64,000 bases of DNA from Pseudomonadota bacterium (GTDB lineage Bacteria; Desulfobacterota; Binatia; Binatales; Binataceae), in contig JAJPKA010000003.1 of NCBI GenBank assembly GCA_021323945.1, positions 133,429 through 197,428 on the forward strand, written 5' to 3'. The position numbers and the translations under genes are program-made. The notes beneath the pieces are model-generated. The model was not told the origin of the DNA, did no database searches, and worked only from the letters and a program-made list of their open reading frames with translations. Of this stretch, positions 61,039-64,000 are shown piece after piece (the first letter of the stretch is position 1; each line of letters begins with the position of its first letter).

Positions 61039-61926
61039 TTACCGACGCGGGTCGTTGGGGATTGTTTGATCCGTAAAGGCCAGCACCATGCCGAACGCAT
61101 CATCGCGATTGATGACCAGGGAACCGTCGCTGGCCTCGAAGCGGAGCTGGTGCGAGCGTAAGTGATCCGCGGCTCGGGACAAGTTCCGGGTTTTAAAAGT
61201 TACCGAGTAGATGCCTTCTCCGAACCGATCCAGATCCAGCGCTTCAGGCCCTGAGCTCCCAAGCGGCTGGCTGGCTTCGATAATTGTGTCCTCGCCCACC
61301 ATATAGAAAACCGATCGCTTACGCTCCGGCCATTCCTCCTGGTGAATCAGCCTTGCGCCAAGCGCCTCCTGATAAACGTGTCGAGCGCTGCTCAAATCCT
61401 TGAACAGCATCGTGATATGCGACGCTCGCTCTATCCCTAATGGATGCCGGTCGCGAGGGAATTCGATGGACCAACCCGGCTGTAAGCGCGGATCGATGAA
61501 ATACTTGGGTGCCACAGCGAATTCAAAAGCGGCGTGAGTATCCTGAGGATGTGTCCACACGGCATCCGCGCCGCCAGGGTCAGTAACTGGTCTGCCGACC
61601 ATGTCGAAGAGCCGGATGTCGTGCTGGCTAAGCACCCGACAGGTTTCCCGCAAGTCGTCAACATACCAGGCCAGGGAGTGGAAATGCTGACCGAATCGCG
61701 AGTAGAACTTGCCCAACGCCGACTTTTCCCATCCAGGTTGCTGCACCGGCTGCGCCGGCTCCATGACGAAATCTCCCAGCAGCACTAGCGAGGCCTTGCG
61801 CATTGCTGCTTTCATGTAGTTGCGCACGAAGCGCCGCACCGCGAAAACGCGGTCGTACCACTCGTCAGCTGCATCGAGGTCTTGGACGACATGTAACAGA
61901 TGAAATTCCTTGCCGATTCTGAACAT
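61039..61926 (-). CDS. Two-domain VOC family protein (glyoxalase/extradiol-dioxygenase fold)
   Basis: Two betaalphabetabetabeta-type modules (HLLHVVQDLDAADEWYDRVF...; HITMLFKDLSSARHVYQEALG...). Confidence 0.6.
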   Translation of the reverse strand: MFRIGKEFHLLHVVQDLDAADEWYDRVFAVRRFVRNYMKAAMRKASLVLLGDFVMEPAQPVQQPGWEKSALGKFYSRFGQHFHSLAWYVDDLRETCRVLSQHDIRLFDMVGRPVTDPGGADAVWTHPQDTHAAFEFAVAPKYFIDPRLQPGWSIEFPRDRHPLGIERASHITMLFKDLSSARHVYQEALGARLIHQEEWPERKRSVFYMVGEDTIIEASQPLGSSGPEALDLDRFGEGIYSVTFKTRNLSRAADHLRSHQLRFEASDGSLVINRDDAFGMVLAFTDQTIPNDPRR

Positions 61927-62392
61927 CTGTTCTCCTCCGCCGCTAACCTAGCGCAGCACGAGTCGAAGGCAATAGTCCGGCGACGTGTTCTGCGCGATTG
62001 CCGCAGACCGATCAGAACCGCGGCTTATCTGTACAACTTGTGCGGGAGTTCACTGAATCACGCGGGGGCCTTGGCTTTCCGCCCGTTAAGTCAGATCGCG
62101 AATTCGAATTGCATTGGGACTTCGTCGACGTCGGTCCATTCCGGCATCTCGAGGGAACGATACTGAAAAGCAATCTCCCCGTTATCGTCTACTATCAGAC
62201 GGAGGCAGGACTCCAAGGCATCGTCGGCTTCTGATTCCCAAAGGATGTCCATGATTAACTGACAATCAAGATGACAAGATCCTTTCAGTCAAGCAACATA
62301 AAATTCGTTGGACAGGGCTATCGATCTCAGCTCATATCAGCGTTGCCAGGAACAAAATTGCCTGTTCCAGCATAGTTTGCAGCTGGCGGTCA

Positions 62393-62911
62393 CTACCCGG
62401 CGGCGTTTTTGTCTTTCTCGGAGCCCCTCAGACCTTGTTCGCCGTAAGACGTGGCGGGTCCCTCTCCACCGGGGCCCAGCCGGCCTCCGGGCCCGAAATG
62501 CCCTTTACCGGGAACGTAGTTAACCTCGACGCGTATGCCACCTGGATCCTCGAACAGGACGGAATAATAGCCTGGCGCAAACTGGGGAGCATCTTCGGCC
62601 GGATGGACGATTCTTGCTCCGAGCTGCTGGACGAACTTGGCGACCGCATCAACGTCCGCGCGGCTCCTGGCCCGCAGGCAGAAATGATGTAGGCCGGCAC
62701 GCAGCTGATCAAAAGGACCCCCATTTCGGTCCGGCGGCGCACCCCGTATCAAGATGCCTGTGCGACTGCCAATGCAATAAAGTGTGTTCTCATTTTTGAT
62801 CAGGGGACGCATCTCGAAGAAAGCGCAGAGCTTTTCCCAAAACGGCAGGCATCGAGCCGGGTCTTCAACTGTAAGTTGAATATGCGCGATGCCGTTTAGT
62901 GAAACGGTCAT
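62393..62911 (-). CDS. VOC family protein (glyoxalase/bleomycin-resistance fold)
   Basis: GIAHIQLTVEDPARCLPFWEKL...GLHHFCLRARSRADVDAVAKFVQQLGARIV...GYYSVLFEDPGGIRVEVNY. Confidence 0.65.
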   Translation of the reverse strand: MTVSLNGIAHIQLTVEDPARCLPFWEKLCAFFEMRPLIKNENTLYCIGSRTGILIRGAPPDRNGGPFDQLRAGLHHFCLRARSRADVDAVAKFVQQLGARIVHPAEDAPQFAPGYYSVLFEDPGGIRVEVNYVPGKGHFGPGGRLGPGGEGPATSYGEQGLRGSEKDKNAAG

Positions 62912-63370
62912 CCAATCACCTCCGCTTCAACACGGCTGAGCTGGCGATTTCAGAAAGATCCGCGAAGCAGACCGTCTGACGAGCTCAGTTCGGCGCAACT
63001 GCGTCTAACACAATTTTGTTCGAATTAGAGAGCGCTGGATTGCGACCTCACGTGGTAGCCTCGCGCGGCCTGGTCGCCGCCGGTTATGATGAAAACCAAA
63101 GTTCACCCGCGCCTTTTATATCACAGCGGGGCCGATCGCTCCCCGATCGGATTCTACAGTCCTGCTCCTAACCCGGTAGCATACAACACGTATTGGAATA
63201 CGCCGTTTCAAAGCGCTCACACTTTGACCGTTGGCAGATAGAGTTCCTTTTGGCGCGGAGGAGATGAATAAAGGGGCGTCAGGTGACCGAACTCTTTATG
63301 CGCGCCAATTCAACGCTAGGCGGACGTCGTGAGCGGCTACCCGGCGTGCGGAAATAACCTTGTATGCGGG

Positions 63371-63739
63371 TCAGTCTGAATCCTTGGGCAATGTAAGACC
63401 GTGCAACTTCAGGAACGAAAGTTTGTCCCAATAGCCGCGCTGGAAGGCTATGCGGCCCTCGACAACGTGAAAAAAACCGCAGCCCCGCAATCCCTGCGGG
63501 TCGCGCCATTCCAGGATGGCCCATTCACCGTCCTCGAAAAGATTCTCCGGTATGCACGTCATCTTGGTTGCGGCAAATTCGGCCAGGAACCTCTGCCGAA
63601 TCGCCTCGCGGCCTTCGACCGGGCTTTCGACTACCTGATGGTTGGTCGCGTTCACGTGGTAGAGGGCGGTAAGCGCATCGACGTCGGCCCGATTGAAGGC
63701 ATCGACCCAAGCTCGCACCACGTCACGCGGCCGCATCAT
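63371..63739 (-). CDS. SnoaL-like/NTF2-fold protein
   Basis: MMRPRDVVRAWVDAFNRADVDALTALYH is the typical SnoaL_2 N-terminus. The start is taken at ATGATG 63739 with an AGGAGG RBS. Confidence 0.6.
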   Translation of the reverse strand: MMRPRDVVRAWVDAFNRADVDALTALYHVNATNHQVVESPVEGREAIRQRFLAEFAATKMTCIPENLFEDGEWAILEWRDPQGLRGCGFFHVVEGRIAFQRGYWDKLSFLKLHGLTLPKDSD

Positions 63740-63838
63740 TCCACTTCCTCCTAAGCGCCATTTGGTCAAAAGATTTCCATGTGCGTTATCTGGTTTGGAC
63801 GGAGTCCCTCGCAGGGGCGCTTGAGAGCAAGGTTGCTT

Positions 63839-63915
63839 TGGTCGGGGCGGCCGGATTTGAACCGGCGACCACACGCACCCCAAGCGTGTGCGCTACCAGG
63901 CTGCGCCACGCCCCG
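63839..63915 (-). tRNA. tRNA-Pro (anticodon GGG), CCA encoded
   Basis: Minus-strand sequence CGGGGCGTGGCGCAGCCTGGTAGCGCACACGCTTGGGGTGCGTGTGGTCGCCGGTTCAAATCCGGCCGCCCCGACCA. It folds into a canonical cloverleaf: acceptor CGGGGCG/CGCCCCG, D-stem GCGC/GCGC, anticodon stem CACGC/GCGTG with loop TTGGGGT, T-stem GCCGG/CCGGC with loop TTCAAAT. Closely resembles proteobacterial tRNA-Pro. Confidence 0.9.
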
Positions 63916-63921
63916 ACCTTA

Positions 63922-64000
63922 CGTCCTTAGCAGCTCACCGAAGCCATACCCGTACTCGAGATTTTCATCCTCGACAATACTGTCGGCCGCTTCCTTGACG
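63922..64000 (-). CDS. C-terminal end of an unidentified CDS (partial, runs off the window)
   Basis: Minus frame ...VKEAADSIVEDENLEYGYGFGELLRT with stop TAA at 63919-63921, 3 nt from the tRNA 5' end. Not recognisable. Confidence 0.3.

Noticed and set aside
63839-63915. Whether the CGGGGCG... element could be a tRNA-like fragment or pseudo-tRNA
   Set aside because: Rejected. A full canonical cloverleaf with all four stems perfectly paired, a 7-nt anticodon loop, a T-loop TTCAAAT and an encoded CCA all support a functional tRNA-Pro.
1-64000. CRISPR arrays, transposases, integrases, toxin-antitoxin pairs or known defence-system genes
   Set aside because: No regularly spaced direct repeats and no proteins with nuclease, ATPase, integrase or transposase signatures were seen in any frame. 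Their absence is by inspection only.

Overview
High-GC bacterial chromosomal segment, probably from an uncultured or environmental lineage. A conserved housekeeping backbone is interleaved with accessory catabolic and detoxification genes. No CRISPR array, transposase, integrase or prophage gene was seen.

Core genes: topA (5' part, partial at the window edge) and dprA; pyrF; then a tight central-metabolism block of icd, mdh, sucC, sucD, ndk, rlmN, mtnP, a PfkB kinase, a GT2 polyprenyl-phosphate glycosyltransferase, ugd, a GalE-like epimerase, lepA and lepB; an archaeal-type bifunctional FBP aldolase/phosphatase; and tRNA-Pro(GGG) at the right edge.

Accessory content:
- Aromatic/xenobiotic catabolism: HpcH aldolase, D-aminoacylase, NtaA/DszA-type flavin monooxygenase, two PF04909 amidohydrolases, an intradiol dioxygenase, and an EthD gene with atypical composition.
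- An RND pump plus adaptor, preceded by a perfect 26-bp palindromic operator candidate but no regulator gene.
- A selenium-binding-protein (methanethiol-oxidase-like) gene translationally coupled to a His-rich membrane protein.
- A DoxX/Grx4/BolA thiol-redox trio next to an internally duplicated 8-TM membrane protein.
- CoA-transferase A/B, SDR, Ogt, MscS and ACAD genes.
- A DUF35 plus SCP-x thiolase pair with an M20 deacylase.
- A cluster of three VOC (glyoxalase-fold) genes beside the tRNA, one of them a pseudogene with two compensating frameshifts.

Several unusually long non-coding gaps (about 0.4-0.7 kb) lack recognisable RNA genes. Every call here comes from reading six-frame translations and motifs by eye; no database search was run.
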